Source of the DNA: Podarcis cretensis
Taxonomy: Eukaryota
NCBI GenBank assembly: GCA_951804945.1
Contig: OX638160.1
Coordinates: 37,510,001-37,574,000 of the forward strand
Direction: 5' to 3'
DNA length: 64,000 bases
Shown piece by piece: positions 34,846 to 50,238 of this stretch. Position 1 is the first letter of the stretch, and each line of letters begins with the position of its first letter. Under the pieces are notes generated by a model. The model was not told where the DNA came from and did no database searches. It saw nothing but the letters and a program-made list of their open reading frames with translations. The translations under genes were made by a program, and so were the position numbers.

Positions 34846-37800
34846 GAGTATGGGCCCTCTCTCCTTCTCTCCCTCCCTCCCTCCTGTCCCCGTCCCCCCG
34901 CTTTTCCCGCCCCCTCCTCTTTTGTAGCCATCTCAGGGGAAGCAACAGATCGTCACTTTTGGTCTTCTGGCTAAAAAGCACGAGATCTAAAGTGCAACTC
35001 ACGCGGGCCTCGTGGACAGTAAGGAGGACAGAAAAGACTGCTGGCCTCTGTCCGGCTCTCCTTCTTTCTTTCTCTTTCTTCCTTTCTTCCTTCCTTCCTC
35101 GCTCTCTCTCTAGCCCTGCAGCCCTTCTCTTCCCACCCGCGCGCGCAGTCAAGCTATCTTGAGCCTATTAGCCCGCTGAAGTGCCCACGGATCTCTCTCC
35201 CTCTCCCCCGCACCATCTCTTCCCTTCCACCCCCACCCCTTTAAAAGCACGTTGAGTCGCTTTCATGAGATGCCGTGTAATCTCCTAATTCTGCCCAGAT
35301 CTTGGCTTCTGGGAAGCGCTGCTCCGCAAGCGACGGGGTCCTTGGGAAGGGCTCCTCCGGAAGGTACTCGCCCAACCCTGCAGGGGTTTTTGTTTTTCTC
35401 TCTCTCCGAAGGCATGGTCGGGGAAGAATGTGCCAGGGCCAAGTCTGTACTGATTTTCATGATGAATGGATGACATGCTCGCGTTCATGTTCGACTTCCG
35501 AAGGCGCTTACGTACTAACCTCAGAGAGCCTGGGCTGCTTCATGCTAGTTCTGCTCTAGGCATTTCACGGTCTTTTATGCTCCCTTAACAAGGCTTTTCC
35601 TTTCCGATCCCCGCACACAGACACACTCCCCATCCCCGGCCTCCTCTCGCTTTGAAACCCCTGTTGCTCGATTATTTTTATTTTTTTAATTTTTGTCCAT
35701 TATTACATGCAATGCCAGGACGTCTTTGGATTGCAGCCCATCAGGTGAAAGAGCAGCGTGCGACCTAAGGGCAGCTGCCTACCTGAGAAACCCACAGCGA
35801 GGTTGGATGAGCCCAAGGCGCGCGCCCCGCCCCATCCTGAAAGGTGTTCCTCGGAAGTAAGTGCCGTTCATTGCAAGGGACTCGTGAGGAGCATTAGAAT
35901 TCCAGCGGGTGATCCGCAGCAAGAAAGAGTCTTGCGGCACCTCTAAGGCCAACGCGTTTCCACGATGGCACAAACTGGCGTGGACTGGAATCAGATGCAC
36001 CAAGCCAGACATATATCTGCGAGCAAGAAGTATGCAAAATTAGCAGGGACAGGAGGCAGACGAGCCAGGATTTCGGCGGGTCCGAATTTCAGCGTTAACG
36101 TTTAACTGCTTAGTGGCTCTATACTGTATAGCAGTAGCCCCAGTCTGCAGAAAGACCTATTTTTTAAAGCTTTGACTATAGTCGGAGGAAAGGCGGCCTT
36201 ATAGAGAGGAAGACTGTATAGAGAAGTGATCAGGGCCCACTCCACCGATTCAGGATTTAGGCTCATGGAACTCAGTGGAGCTTACTTCCGAGGAAGCCTG
36301 CGCAGGAAAAAAAAGGGCAACTGGCTGTGTTTAGAAGCAGCGTCCACACCCAAGAGTAAAAGGAAACCAGGTGGAAGTGCTGCTGGCGGTGTGTGTCTGT
36401 GTGTGGAATAATCCTGCCAAGCAACAGGAAAACCTACAGCAACCATGGCCCACCCTTTCCTATGTGTGCCCTCTTAATATGCTTAATTTTAGGAAGATTC
36501 GTGTTTTGGCTGGATCTGATTATAGCGGGGGGCGGGAGAACAGAGCTACCACAAGGCCACAGACAACTCACTATGAAATTGGTGTAAAAAGAAAACCCCG
36601 CGCACATATCATTCCAGGGGATGTCATGATCTTTTTTTTTGGGGGGGGGGTACCTTTTTTTTTTAAGGGAGGGAGAAATCCTTTTTTAAATTGCTGTTTT
36701 ACCACCCACCCACCCATGTAACCTCTTTTTTTTAATACATCAGAAGCTCAGAGTTCTACTGTACATGCTGGAGATCCGGGGATTTGAATGTCAAGATCGA
36801 TTTGTTTATTTATTGCTGAACTTATCGTAACTGACTCAATAACAAATCTAATCATGTTGGGTCCTGGGAGGGAAAAAAATCCTCATTATGTATTTTCTCT
36901 GCGTTCGATTTAACTGTACGAAGCTGCAAATATCAATAATATCTAGTAATTACTTTGTAGCGGAGTAAACTAATTTATTAACATTAATGTTTATATGCCT
37001 TTTACCTCGCTCTTTCTCTGGTTTCCTATTTTCTTTTCTCTCCCCCCCTCCCCTCTTCTTTTTCTTCTTTTTTTACAAGGGTTACCAATCACAAATCAAA
37101 CGCTTTGGACATATCCCTTTAATGAACTCTTTATTTTGGATCGCTGGAATAACTTTTATGGGCCTTCAACGGTTGTGAGCTGAACTTGAAATTATTAATT
37201 AATCTCCCTCCTTGTCGCATTTGCCAAGAGAGTGGATGGAAATAAGAGATAAGCGTGTCATCAAAGGGCTAGTTACAGATTGCTTGGGTCTGTGTGGGAC
37301 TATAAAACTGTTTTATTTCTTTTCTTTTAGGGGGGGGGGTAAGGTGCAGAAATATGCAACACTGATGCTTGCCAAATTGGCCTTAACGACAGCCTTTTGA
37401 TTTTATTTTCCCTCTGCCCCGAATAAAACAAGGTACCTGAGAATTGTATCTAGCTTACATTTGTACCATATATACATATGGTAGAAAATACATAATGAAG
37501 ATCCCCAGCCCCAGGACCCAAACCATATATATTTATGAAAAGATTGCTTGATTCCTTTCCCTTCCAACTGGGCAAGAGTGGATTTCTGAAGGCTCCCCCC
37601 TTTTCCTCCCCAGTGATAACAAAGGCGCCACCATTGCCCAGACTCGCTCCGCCTCTCCTGCCTTAGCAAACAACTTTCTTGCACTTGTATGGAGGGTGGG
37701 GGGCGGGGGGCTTTTACAGGCTCTCATTGAACCCGGCGCGTCTAGGAGAACCGAAAACAGTTCTAGACTGGCCTGGGGTTTTATGGCACTTTTGGCAGTC

Positions 37801-40800
37801 AACTTCAGCTTGTCTCTGAGCGGACATGCCAGATCCGACCGACTGAAAGCCAGGAGACAGACAACCACCTACACGGATTCCCCCCCCCCCTCCCCGCCTC
37901 GCTGGTTTCAATAAGTCTGCTGCAGCCTTAGGTGAAAAGGGGGCAGGTTTGGAAGCCCAAGGTTTGTTGTTCGGAAGGACTCCAGGTCCTTTGGGTGACC
38001 GAGAGTCTTGCATGTTCAAATCCTTTCAGACAAAGGGGAAATTAAGATGGGGCGGCGAGGAGGATATAGGATGAAGGAAGCCTGTCCAGTTGTCTGCACC
38101 TTCAGCCATCTCCTGTCTGGCTTGGGATATTAGTGATGGGTTTTCGTTTTTCGGAAATGAATTAGATACTCGGAGATTTGGGGGCAGTTGCATTTTTGTG
38201 CAGAGGAAGAGGTGGCGGTGTGTGGAGGAGGGGTGGGGGACACACGCTATGCATTGACTCCTGGCAACCGCTTACATTTGTGAAGCCATTAAAGGCTATT
38301 ATGCAAAGGGACAAGACTTAAGGGTGCCGCTAGTCTCAGAATTAGTAGGCACCCAAGGCACACTTATCTCTGCTTTATTTGCTGCTAAGTGATAGGCCGC
38401 TAATGTGTGCCTCCAACTCCTCCAAATGGGCCCTCAGTTATGGTGAGCCTGCTGTTAAGGTGGCTATTTTGGGGGCTTATTTGTTTGCTCTCCTTTTTTT
38501 AAAAAAAGCCCCCCCCCCCCTTGAAATGCAATATCCGCGACTTTCTCTGCTGAGATTCGGAGTAGGAGGAGGAAAAAGGAGCTGAGGATCATCCCCTGAG
38601 CCTGCGCCATCCCCACAATTCACCTTGAGCTAAAGCCACGTAGATACCACGGAGGTGTTTAGTTTGGGGTTAGAAACCGAGGGTCTCAATTTAAGGATTT
38701 AAGGATTCAGTGCACGTAAGTAGGGGAAATAGGAAAACACATGCCTCCACTAAACGAGGAAGAGCAGTTTCCATTCCGGAAGATTATAGGCTTTCTCTTC
38801 GTCGTTGTAACGAGCACAAGAAGAAAGATTCGAAATGCTCCCTTTGTTCTCTAAAGACCTCGCTTTATTATATGTTAAATGCCTCTTCGCTTTCTTACCT
38901 ATAAATTGTCTAGTATGGTTATATGTCAGGCGCCCGACGCTCAGATGTATACGATATTATAGAGAATGGTTGCTTCTTTATGGGTATATATTTGGCAGAT
39001 GTTTGTGAAAATTCGCTTATCACGTCTTTTTCTTAATGTATAATGTGTTTTGCCATTGGGCCCATGCTGCAGAATTTTATTTTATTTTCAACTGATCTCC
39101 TTCAGTTCAGATGTACGGCGGTACATGTCGCTGAACTTAAATGGGATTTAGGTCTGCGGCATTTGTCATGTTACTGGGGGTATATGCCCTCTATTAGCTA
39201 GCTAGGTTGCATATGGCACCTAAATGGACAATCAGAAGAGATGCTAATGTGGGGTTATCGATGCTGCAAGTGATTCCTGGCTTTTAATTTTCCATTACTT
39301 AAAACAAAAGCAGCTATGTAAACGAACTTTCATTTCTGTAGAACCATTTATAAACTATGCTTGTAAATGTATTCTGTCCCATTGGCCAATATTTCCCCTC
39401 TATTTGCTGTTCTTAAATGCACACTTGCTGTTATAGAAATGGCCTACAAATACATAAATAAATTCACAGGGCATGAACCAGATAAAATTAAGCATTTTCA
39501 TTCTCCCTTATTTCAATGGTGAGAGATTTTCTCCTGTTTTCTGCTACTGAACTCAGTGGGGTTTAGAATCACTTGTACACTGGATCATATCCCTGGAAGC
39601 AATTATTAGGAATATTGAAAAGAAATATAAGTTTAAAACAGTAGCTTCGGTTGTATTTCCCTAACAGTGAATGAATATTAACAAAATACAGATTGTGGAA
39701 TAAGGTGCTGGTTTTTCTCGCAATTTGCTCTAGAGATACTGGTGTCAGTATTTACCTTAAAAATTAAAGCAAATAAATGCATTTGAAAATGTATTTCTGT
39801 TGCCTGATGAGATGGCGCTAACTGATTCCGACCCTATACATATTTGATTAGAAATAAAGTATGGGCCCGATCCTATCTAAAACTGGAAGTGTTTCTTTGA
39901 CATCGTAAATCATGGCTAGGTTAAAATTAAGGGTTTTTAGTTGCCATTAGTTTAAGCAAGAAAGATTGACTTTCCTGATTAAGATTATTACAACCCGCCT
40001 AAATTACTTTTCCTATCTTAAACTGCGTTTGCTTCCATGCAAGCCCCGTGGCTTTCCACGAAATCTGCTTCCAAGTAAGTACCCTTGGAGTTATGAACAG
40101 AATGTTACATGTGCTTTCGAGATACGAATATTACAGACGGCAGTCACAGATGTGAATTTTCTGTATGCCTTTCGTCCACCTCAGTGCAGCGTTCGTTTCA
40201 TTATAGCACTCAGCAACAGCTTCTGTGATAGACAGGGCGACTGTACTGTACACTCCATAGCGTTGCCTAAACGTTTGCAAATAAAACTGAGGTATTACTT
40301 TAGATGTTGCAGTCAGTGTTTCTGCAACCGACTGGCCGGAGAAGGAGCCACATATTCATGCTCTTGTGCTTTGCGTGTGCATTCTGGCGTGTACATTTAT
40401 CTGACCACTCTCCTTCTCCCACTAAATGAAAATATGGGCAGCGCACACAATTACAGGATTCACAAGTCTTCTTTTGAGTCCCAATACAGAAAGCGACCAG
40501 ATGCAAGGTTCTCAAGGTGTTTAGAGCAGCTAACTTGGTTTGAGAAGAAAAAGCAGGAGCGTGAGGGGTGGAAAGGTCTGCACGTTCCTTAATGGACAAA
40601 ACACACCCGGTTCATATCCGCGAAATCCCTAACAAATCAGCCATTGCAGAACGTAATAAGCATCAGCCGGTTAAACCACAGCACTGTAGCGCCTACCTAG
40701 GAATTTATATTTCTAGCATTTTTTCCTTCAAGGTTGCGTCTGGATCTGCCCCAGCAGATCTGCTTCTTCAAGAGAGTAAAACACACGGACACCGCTCTTG

Positions 40801-42312
40801 TAAATTTCAAATACATAATACCCTCTGACATCCTAATGAGAAGTCCAGCCACGGATTCTGAACCTGGTGGTTTTTCCTAAAGACCGTGAGGTCAATGTCT
40901 GGTCTGCAAAGGAGACCATTCCCGTTTATAAACAACCAAAACAACCGCAGGACAACATTTCAAGTTTGACATATTTAGACGTATTGTCACAGGTGATGCC
41001 TTGAACTTGACCTTAAGTTTGTTAATCAACAAAATCCACGAAAATAAAACATTTTAATGCAATGATTGTGCTCTGTTTCATTATTTACTTAATGGATGAA
41101 AAACCGTTCAATTTCTTTCATTTCTCTATTCCCAACATTGAAAATTTATTTCTTGTTCAAGACTGTATATTTGAGCAAACATTTTTTCATTTCATTATAC
41201 CTATTGTACCTTCAGTGATTTCACTAATATTGTTCTTTGGATACAGAAAAGTAATTTGATAAAGGGTTATTATTTGAGTCACCTGTTAGGTACAATAAGT
41301 ACAATAACATATATGCTTTTTAAACTCCCCACATGGGGAGTTAAACAACTGTAGAATTAGTACGACCTATTATAACAACATTTTGTTCCAGTAAGAAAAC
41401 GTTTATTATTTTCCCTAAATCACCAAGTGACGACACAAAGCTTCTCATTATTGTGTGCTGCAAACTCACTGTAAAAGCCATTCTTGATAATCGCCATATT
41501 CACCTAACATACAATATTTCTCGTCTCCAGAGTTTCTCGGTAGCTTCAGAATACGAACTTCAGATTTTAGAAGGCCTTCAAACAAATTGCCTGCGTTTTT
41601 GCAATGCTACTCTGCAATACTGGACAAAAACGCGAACCACGGACCATTTAAGCTGTAGTAGAAGGGAATAAGACAACTGTATTCTCTTTGGGCCCCGTCG
41701 TCCCGCAATCCTAGGAGCTTTGACTTGAGACTAAGGTTCCATTCATCGCACTATAACGTAATTCTGGGTAAACGTGGTTAAGATAGGACTGAATATCATT
41801 TTCGCACCACACTGATTAAATATACATTCGCTGCTCACAGAATTCTATAATTATAGGTAGGGACAGAAGGGAGGAGCATTTATTTCCCGAAGAACCAAAG
41901 CAAAGCTGCGTGACTGCGAATATTTAGTATGGCCGTCAGGTCCATTTCTGCACCATTTTCATCGTCTTCACCAGAAAGGAGCACGAACATATTGATAACC
42001 AGATTTAAACTAGGGATTCGGGGAATGGGAAGGAATCTTAACCCCACTGCTGGGTGGGGGTTATAGAATACGCTTTTCCCACGGGGGTCAAGCAAGGATG
42101 ATAGTGAATGGAGGGGTCTACTGGAGGGGGGGGCTCTTGTCCCACCCTGGCCCCGCCTATGCTCTTCTGCATCGTTTGCATCAAGACTGCCTCAGTAATG
42201 CTCCGAAAAATAATATTAGCTAGAATAAACTCGTTCGAATGAGCTGCAGGGCCGGAGAAAATAGTTACAGTATAGCCCGTTAGCTGCATTGAGGTTGAAC
42301 TGTATCTGTATC

Positions 42313-42344
<32 letters not shown>

Positions 42345-44869
42345 GCCACACAAACAAAAACACACGCACGGAATTACTTTGGTATTATTTGCATCAATAA
42401 TGAGAGAGTGGGCGGGAACAATAACAAGCAGAATAAATAGGTTAACAATAAGGGCGAGTATTAATTACTCTGTAGTGCCCTGGGTTTGAACTGGATTGAT
42501 AATCCTGTCTTTGCATCAGCAACGAGCGGGAAAATAGCAGCCAGGAGAAATTGGCTAAAAATACACACGGAGGGGCAGCGCCCTCATCTAACATTTCCTC
42601 AACCCTGTCCCTATCTCCACACAGCTGTCCACCCTAGCGGGTCTCCTTGTTGCGGTAAACCTTATTTATATTTAGTCACACGCAAACCATTAACTATAGA
42701 CCAGGGAAAAAACCAAGGCGTCTTCGATTGCCATCTAAATCTTCCTTGAGGCATCCCTCGCCAAAGTCCAAGGTCGGATAAAAAAGGCTTTTAAACCACG
42801 AGGTACCCCCACGAGGATATTTCTGATGTTCCAAATACTCAAAATGGAAGGCGGCTTAAGCAGAACCATGGAAAGTGGGGCTGTTCCCTGTTGTGCCTAG
42901 GAATGCTGTCACAAAGATAAATAATTGTAATAAAAGCTGTATTAATAAATTCATGCGCACATTGCGAAAGCTTCCTATTTGACGGCAAATAGATTTTTGG
43001 GTGGCGTGGGGAGAGGGAGGTGGGACTTCCAGAAATTGCACATCGAATTGTGGCGTGAATAAAATTGTAGGCGAATTGTTACTTCCCTCTTTCCAGATAA
43101 TAAACACTTCGTTATTCCATGAATGGGTTTTTGGGGTGGTGGTGGTAAGGAGGGGGGGGCGGTTAGTAAAAAGAAATATGTTGGTGCTTTTTTCAAATAT
43201 TATCTATATCTAATCTATATTCATCGATAGACAGATAGATATGAAACGTCAAAGCAGAGGGGTGGTGAAAAAATAACGGCTTTGGGGTAAGGGTGTGGGA
43301 ATAATACTGTAATACATCCCACAAAATGAAAGACAGAAACTCATAGAAAGACAATTTAGACGACACCGATCGCAGCCACGCATTCAGCAGCGGCACCAGA
43401 AATTTTATGAATACATACATATTCATATTCACATGGCATTGTCACGGGCGTGGAGATTATCAGAATAATCTTACCCCATTCTCCAAGATCCAGTCTACCG
43501 GCGCAAAACATCAAAGAGGAACTGGACAAGCAGGTTTCGGATCTCGCCTCTAAAGCTCCGGATCAACTCGGATTTTAAGGGAGGGGGGAGACCGGGAGAG
43601 CCGGTATGCTAATAAAGCTGGATTGAGGCCGGTTGATCTAGACCCCTCCGGGTTTTGAATCATCCGACGATCGGGAAGCAGAGCCCTTAAGGTTAGTCTG
43701 CTTCTTCTCGTTACGAACTTGAGCCAGAACATGCGCCCAACATCTCACGCTGACTTCTCCTCTCAAATCCCGCTGCTTAAAGTTCCGATGGAGATGATCA
43801 GGCCAACGAAAGTGAGGGAACGAGACTCAAGGGCGGTGGAATCCCATACGTGTCCTCCCCCCACTAGTCCCACCAGAGGGAAAGTCCAAATGTTTTTGAT
43901 GGCGGGACACCCTGACGTTCCCTCCCTAATTCACCATGGGTCACCGTACAGTAATGACCGTGGTTTGTGCGTTGTAGGACTTGACCTTTACTACGTCGAA
44001 GAGGGGCTCTTTCTTTCACGCTGCATGAGGAGATGAGGGACGGAGGGAGGGAGGGAGGGAGGGAGGGAGAGGGGGCGGAGGAAAAGATGCGCTCTTCGGG
44101 GATCTTTAATCGGAAATCAGAAGCAAGAGCGGCAAAAGCCACGGGCTTTTTCCTGCACGCCATATTTGGTCTATTTCTCCAGCGAAAACCAGCCAGGACC
44201 GTTTCCACCCCGGAGCTTGGAGTTTAAGAATTAAACATATGCAACGCAAGAATAGTGTGTGTTTGTGTGTGTGTGTGTAAATATCCGGGAAAGACTTCTG
44301 CTTCGCTACAAAACTAAAACGAAACGAAATCTATCCTCGTCAATAGATTAGAAACATCCACTTTCATTACTGACGCGCCTTTCCCCTTCCTCCCCCCGCC
44401 CCCACCTATCATAAAACAACCAGTGGGGTCTTTGGGAGGGAGGGGAGGAGGGAGAGAATCCAGGAGCAAAGTGTGTGTGTGTGCGTGCGCAGGCGAGGGG
44501 AGGGTGTTAAAGAGATAGCGACACAATTTATCTCGGACCTTCACAGATCGCTCGAGCTCAGTACCACAGAATGAGCGGCTGGAAACTATTATCCACGATT
44601 CTGCTTTTCCCCTGTGCCTAAGAGGTTCTCCCCCCTCCCCGCACTGCTCAGGAAGCCCGTGTTTTCCATTTGTCCGGATCCAACAAACTCAGGTCTCTTT
44701 AGGTCTTCCTCACGTTAAAAAAATAGTTACTCGTCTCCATTTGCAGAGGGATTTAGATACTGAAACGTATTTCAGTTAACACACACTGATGCCTTTTAAA
44801 AAACCAAATATTTTAAAACACCCATTGACATTTAACTTTCATTTACAGTTGGGCCCTAAAATAGTTGCC

Positions 44870-44871
<2 letters not shown>

Positions 44872-44905
<34 letters not shown>
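44872..44905. repeat. (AT)17 microsatellite
   Basis: Directly visible. Confidence 0.95.
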
Positions 44906-44907
<2 letters not shown>

Positions 44908-47900
44908 AGAAATCTAAGTCTTTTCCTGGATAGCACAAGCTATTTATACCCCAATCATTGCAATCTGAAGCACTAAGCGCTTGGTGTTTTGAAACGGAAG
45001 TATGTTCGAGGGGAGAAATGGCCTAAGTTATAGACTCGCAGTATTACTTTAATTCTGATTAGGAAACACACTGCTGTCAAATTTTATTTCCTGTTGAGAA
45101 AAACACATTTGTTGCTGCCAGCAGTTTGAGAGGTTAGAATGCGGATTATATTCTGGAGTCCTATATATACTCCTACTTTAGGTGATTATGTAGGAGCTTG
45201 CAGTTGAACGTGATGCACCGCTAACTTTCCCAGGATTGGCACCATCTGAGTTTACAGTTAATCTTACTTTGCCGTTCCCTACCGCCATTAAAAGTCAATA
45301 TGCATAAACGCTAATCGTTTTCCCACATTACTATATTTCCTAGTTAGGGACAAAGTTTAATACCCAAGGTGGTTAGGAATGTTTCCGTTTTACAGGAAGA
45401 AGAAAAGTGTGTGTGTGTGTGTGTGGAGCGCAGTATATACTCACAGGCACATCACCCCCCCCATGCAAAACGCAACGATTTAGGAAGGGAAGTTTCTTAA
45501 AACTATATTGGTGTGTTAAACACGTTTGCTTTGAGAAGTAACGGAGATTTTCTTATTGAAATTAATGCAAAAAACAGCAAAAAAAAAACCATCTTGGTGT
45601 TTGTATGGCAGAATAAAGCAGGACAAGTGGAAGGGTCCACGTTAGCGCCAGGCTCTTTGGAAAGGCACGAATGCTGCGTGGGAACTCGCTGCGAATTCAA
45701 AGCAGACATTCGTAGTGGCGGACGCATTTCATTAGTGATAGATGTTCTTATAAAGCAGATATTACGCATATATTTCAGAACGAAGGCGGCAGATGGGGAG
45801 AGGGGGCGGAAATGTGACCCAACAGCAATTTGTACCCTGGAAATATATGTGCCAACAGTTTAGGGGTAAATGAAGGCCATAAATAACAGGCACCACACCC
45901 TACCGGAACATCTAGGCATTCCTATTACTGAAGCAAAAGAGAATGAATGAGGGGATTTAATGGATGCAAAACCAATAAGAAAATGGAAGTTCATTCTTCA
46001 AGCACAGTTTATCAAGCGGCCTGGTCTCTCCAATCTTGATACAATATAATAGGACATTGCATCTCAGGCTGAAATCGTATCTACGCTAAGTGTTAGCTCC
46101 GTTGAACGCAGTGGGGTTTACTTCCGAGTACACACATACATTTATAAATAAACGTGTTGCGGGTCTCATCGTGATCCAGTATACGATCATAGATTGTGAG
46201 GACAAGGCAGAGCAAGGTGGGATTGTTACTAGGCTTGAGCTGGACCCAGTCCACTGAACCTACAGTAGCAGGATTTAGCCCCATTTCCCACCTAAGGCTA
46301 AGATCCTAAAAATCAGTGACCGGGGAGTCATATCTCTCGCAACCATTTGGAATTACTCCCAAGTCAATGTTTTTAGAGCCACGGTGTAAATCTGAGTAAG
46401 TCTAAGCAGCCTATTTAAATGGGCGGTGGATTTGTGCAAAACGAACCATTTCCCCTTGGCCTGAATTTCATGGTATGTCTGAGAAATCGCTGGAGATTAT
46501 ACACATCAGAATATGATTTCCTTAACAAATACGCGCGTGAAATGTTAAGTTGAAGCACTAATAAAACCTAGCCCTGAAATCGGAAGCTTCTTGAGCTATT
46601 TTAATCAAGCGAGAAACCCGGGGAAGTTCATGGAAGAACACCAGAATCCTAAATATTTCATATGGAAATTAAGCACGTTTGGAATAACAGAATTTGCTCC
46701 TTAACAAACAATTTTAGGATCGGGCGTGTAAATCTACTAATATCCCATATATGCGTTTTAGGAGGCTCAGAATTTAAACTATAATGCGGCAAGTTATCCC
46801 GAGGAACTTAAATTTCGAAATTCAGGGTCCGCATCCGAAGGGTTCTGATTTGTTATCGTGACCTTTTGTAGAGAATTCACCATGCACCGCACAGCCTGCG
46901 TCCGATTTTATTCTCCTGCATTTCTCAGGGATGAGGTTGACAATGACCGCAGCCGAGAAGAGGAGAAAATATCACATGGGCTGCGTTTCCTTTTTTAAAA
47001 AAGTCATTTTGCGAGGTGAGGGAGAAAAGGATAACAAACCCTCTTTATTTGCCCATGGCTGAATTTCTAGGGTGTCGCAGACTCGCAGTCCAACTGAGAA
47101 AACGTGATGACCAGAGACCAGCTGGCTGACTGAGCTTCTTACGTATTTTACATCCCATGGAGGCATTTTGTAATGGCCTCCCAACGGGCCCAGGAGCGGA
47201 CAAGCCTTCTTGGGATTGTTAGTTGGGGCGCGGGAGGGAAGAACAATACTCCGTTGGATACAAATACCCTTTTGGCGCGCAATTGCTCCTGCTGCTGCAG
47301 CTACTACTACTTCTACTACTACTGCCACCACCATTCCCAATATTACTGCAACATTTGTCTATATTTAGAATTAAGGCCGAAGGAGTCCTGGTTTGGGACT
47401 AGAAATGCACACGGATATCTTTAAAAATACTAAGTCTGCAATTAACAGGAATGCTGTGCCTTCAAAACAGGAGAACTCATTTTCAGTCTGCACTCGTCTT
47501 AGTTAATCAGAGGAGATTTCACAAGAAGTAGATGTAAAAGAGGTTTTTGTCTCACTCCATCCCTCTTGCTGATATTTTTAAGAAAACTGGAGTTACCTCT
47601 GTGTGTAGGTGCCAACCTACAATGGGAATGTTTAGAGTATACGATAGCTCCTGCCTGGGTGCAGAATTGGAAGGATTTTTACTGTTGTTGTTGCTTCAGA
47701 TATATATATATATATTGCTCTGTGTGTATATCATATTAAAGAGCATTGCATTTATTGGTTTAACGTGGAATGGGTAAACTTTAAAAGCAAAGTGCCAAAG
47801 TATGTAGCAGATGGATTCTCAACTCATTTATCTCCAACGAGTTCGTGTAGCAGTCCCACTGAACTCCTAAGGATTAAATCTGGGTTGCTTGTCTTGATTT

Positions 47901-50130
47901 GGAAGACGATATTGGTTATATAGTTGTTAAGAATGTACTCAGACGTGCACGACTGCACCTCTTGAGTATATCCACAGGCACAGATTTATACATATTTTTC
48001 GTTCCATACAATGCACATATATTCCTATACCTGAAATAAGTGTTTTGAATAATAGTTTACGCATTTCCATACATGATATACAAGCTGCATTAACAAAAGA
48101 TGCTCACATTGGTTTGCGTATTGCAGAACGCACGGGATCCACCTGTAATCCAAGTATACCTTAACATACTTTTATGTGCCACTAAATGCCATACACTCAC
48201 ACGCCAAATTACACACGTGTAAACTAATAATATGTGCCATCATGCTCTCCAATTAATTGTCTAGTCACATTTTTTGGTGAGGCTTTAACCACTATTTTTA
48301 ATTATTGGAACGTCCAGGAACTTATTTGAAAACACTCATAATTGTACCTAACGCCACAGCATATACAATAAATAGTAAAGAGTGAGGTCAGTAGCGAAAG
48401 CAACTTAGAAACTAGGGTCCAGAATTTAGGAGAGGTAACTGGGCGACATTATATTATCCAATCCAATCTGCGCCCTCAGTGTCCTCGGGCAGTGGTAGAT
48501 CATCTGAACTCCTACACTGGGATTCTTTCCAAGAGGATAAGGACAGTGGGGCACCTAGCCCTGCGAGGGTCAGGGAGTTTGACTACAGACTTCAAGGGAA
48601 GCCAAAATCCCTATTTGCATTGTTCAAGGAAGATGAGTTCTGACGTGCAGCGGGCAAGCTGAGACCGAGGCGCACTTTCCAAGGTCACAGCTCTTAACAT
48701 GCAATTAGTATGCAGGAAACAAGTAGCGAATTACTTTCCCAGCAGCGCCGCAAAGTTCGGAACTCTTACCCTTTCCCTATCCTGGATAGTTTCAGGTGTG
48801 GAGAGCCCGTCAAGGCGTCTAGGATCCATCGCTAAAGTCACCTAGAAGCCCCCTAAGTCCTCACTAACGCCATATGCTTTTACTCTCTGTAAAAGCAAAA
48901 ATATGCTCTGTATGTTTCTAAGCATTAGGAAACAAATTCCGGTTGCTGTTTTGAAAATGCCCTTCCACAGAACCAAAACATCAGTTTATTTATACTTGCA
49001 TCCCCCTTATTCTCAGTTTAAAGATAGCCGGTCCTCGCTTGCATAAGATCTCTGTTGTCTGCGAGTTTTAGCTCCGTCCGTCTTCAAAGTAAAGCAGTGA
49101 ACTTGGACCTCATTGGGAAGGGAAGGACCAACCAATCTGAGCATCTCAGTCTCAGTAGCTTGAGAACTGAGGTGGCAGGAGGCCTTAAGAAAAGATTTTT
49201 GGAGAGGCTCATTATTGGATTGCCAGGCATTTCTGCCAGATACATTAAAATAGCCTTTCAATTCAATTCATCCATCCATCCATCCATCCATCCATCAATT
49301 CATTCATTCTATATTTCACCGAGCAAAAAAAAGAGAGCCCACAATAAAATCCTTCAAACAGTTCCCTTTTCTAGGAGATCATTTCGCGTTCTGAAATACT
49401 ACCTGAAGGTATTAACAACTTATACTGTATTAAGAAGACCACTTTACTGGGTTGTTGGCAGTGCTCAGTTGTCCCATTAAAATTAAGGGCCATGAATAAC
49501 TTAGGCACATTAATTTCAATGGATTTACTCTTAGTAAAACTTATTGGGTACCACCCACTGTCCCAGAGAGTCACTTTAAATAGCTAAAAAAAATGGAAGA
49601 AAGAAAAGGTCATGTGACATCTTAAAGACTAATACATTTATTGTGACTTGAGCCTCAGAAGACCCCCTGAAGATGAGCAAAAGTGAAATATACATTGGTA
49701 GTAATCTCCTACAGGACATGTATGCGTATGTGTATATGTGCACACATATGCGAACATACGTGCATGGATGTACACGCACACATGAGCGTAGCCAATAAAA
49801 TTCAATAGAAATACATAGCAAACTAAGGTTCTGCCCCCCACAAAGGACTCCCCCCTAACAAAAGGCCTGCCCCCCCATCAAAAATACGCCCAAACATGCA
49901 CACACATTTTCCCCTGCCTATCACAGAAAGAGAGTCCTTCCACTGTAGCACGTTAAAGGCGAACAGATTTATGGCGGCATACATATGCACACTCGTGCAC
50001 ATCCATATATCTCGACTGGTGGCGGAGATATAGACCTACGAGTCCTGACGTTTTTGAAAAGATCGAAGACGTAGCCAATACCTCAGGGTCGCCTGTGATA
50101 AGTTACGACCAGTAGACAAAGTATTAGCGT

Positions 50131-50238
50131 TTATTTATTATGTCTTTATATATGTAGGGAGCCGCCCAGAGTGGCTGGAGCAACCCAGTCAGATGGGCGG
50201 GGTACAAATAATAAATTATTATTATTATTATTATTATT
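50131..50238 (+). mobile_element. Short 3' tail of a squamate LINE/SINE (L2-like) with (ATT)n tail
   Basis: GCCGCCCAGAGTGGCTGGAGCAACCCAGTCAGATGGGCGGGGTACAAATAATAAA(TTA)n; the ends GCCGCCCA and TGGGCGG form a stem-loop. I recognise it as a common lizard retroposon end. Confidence 0.7.

Noticed and set aside
39966-40592. 208-aa intergenic ORF between HOXA11 and HOXA13
   Set aside because: TTG start, no motif and no homeobox similarity; not a HOXA12 remnant.
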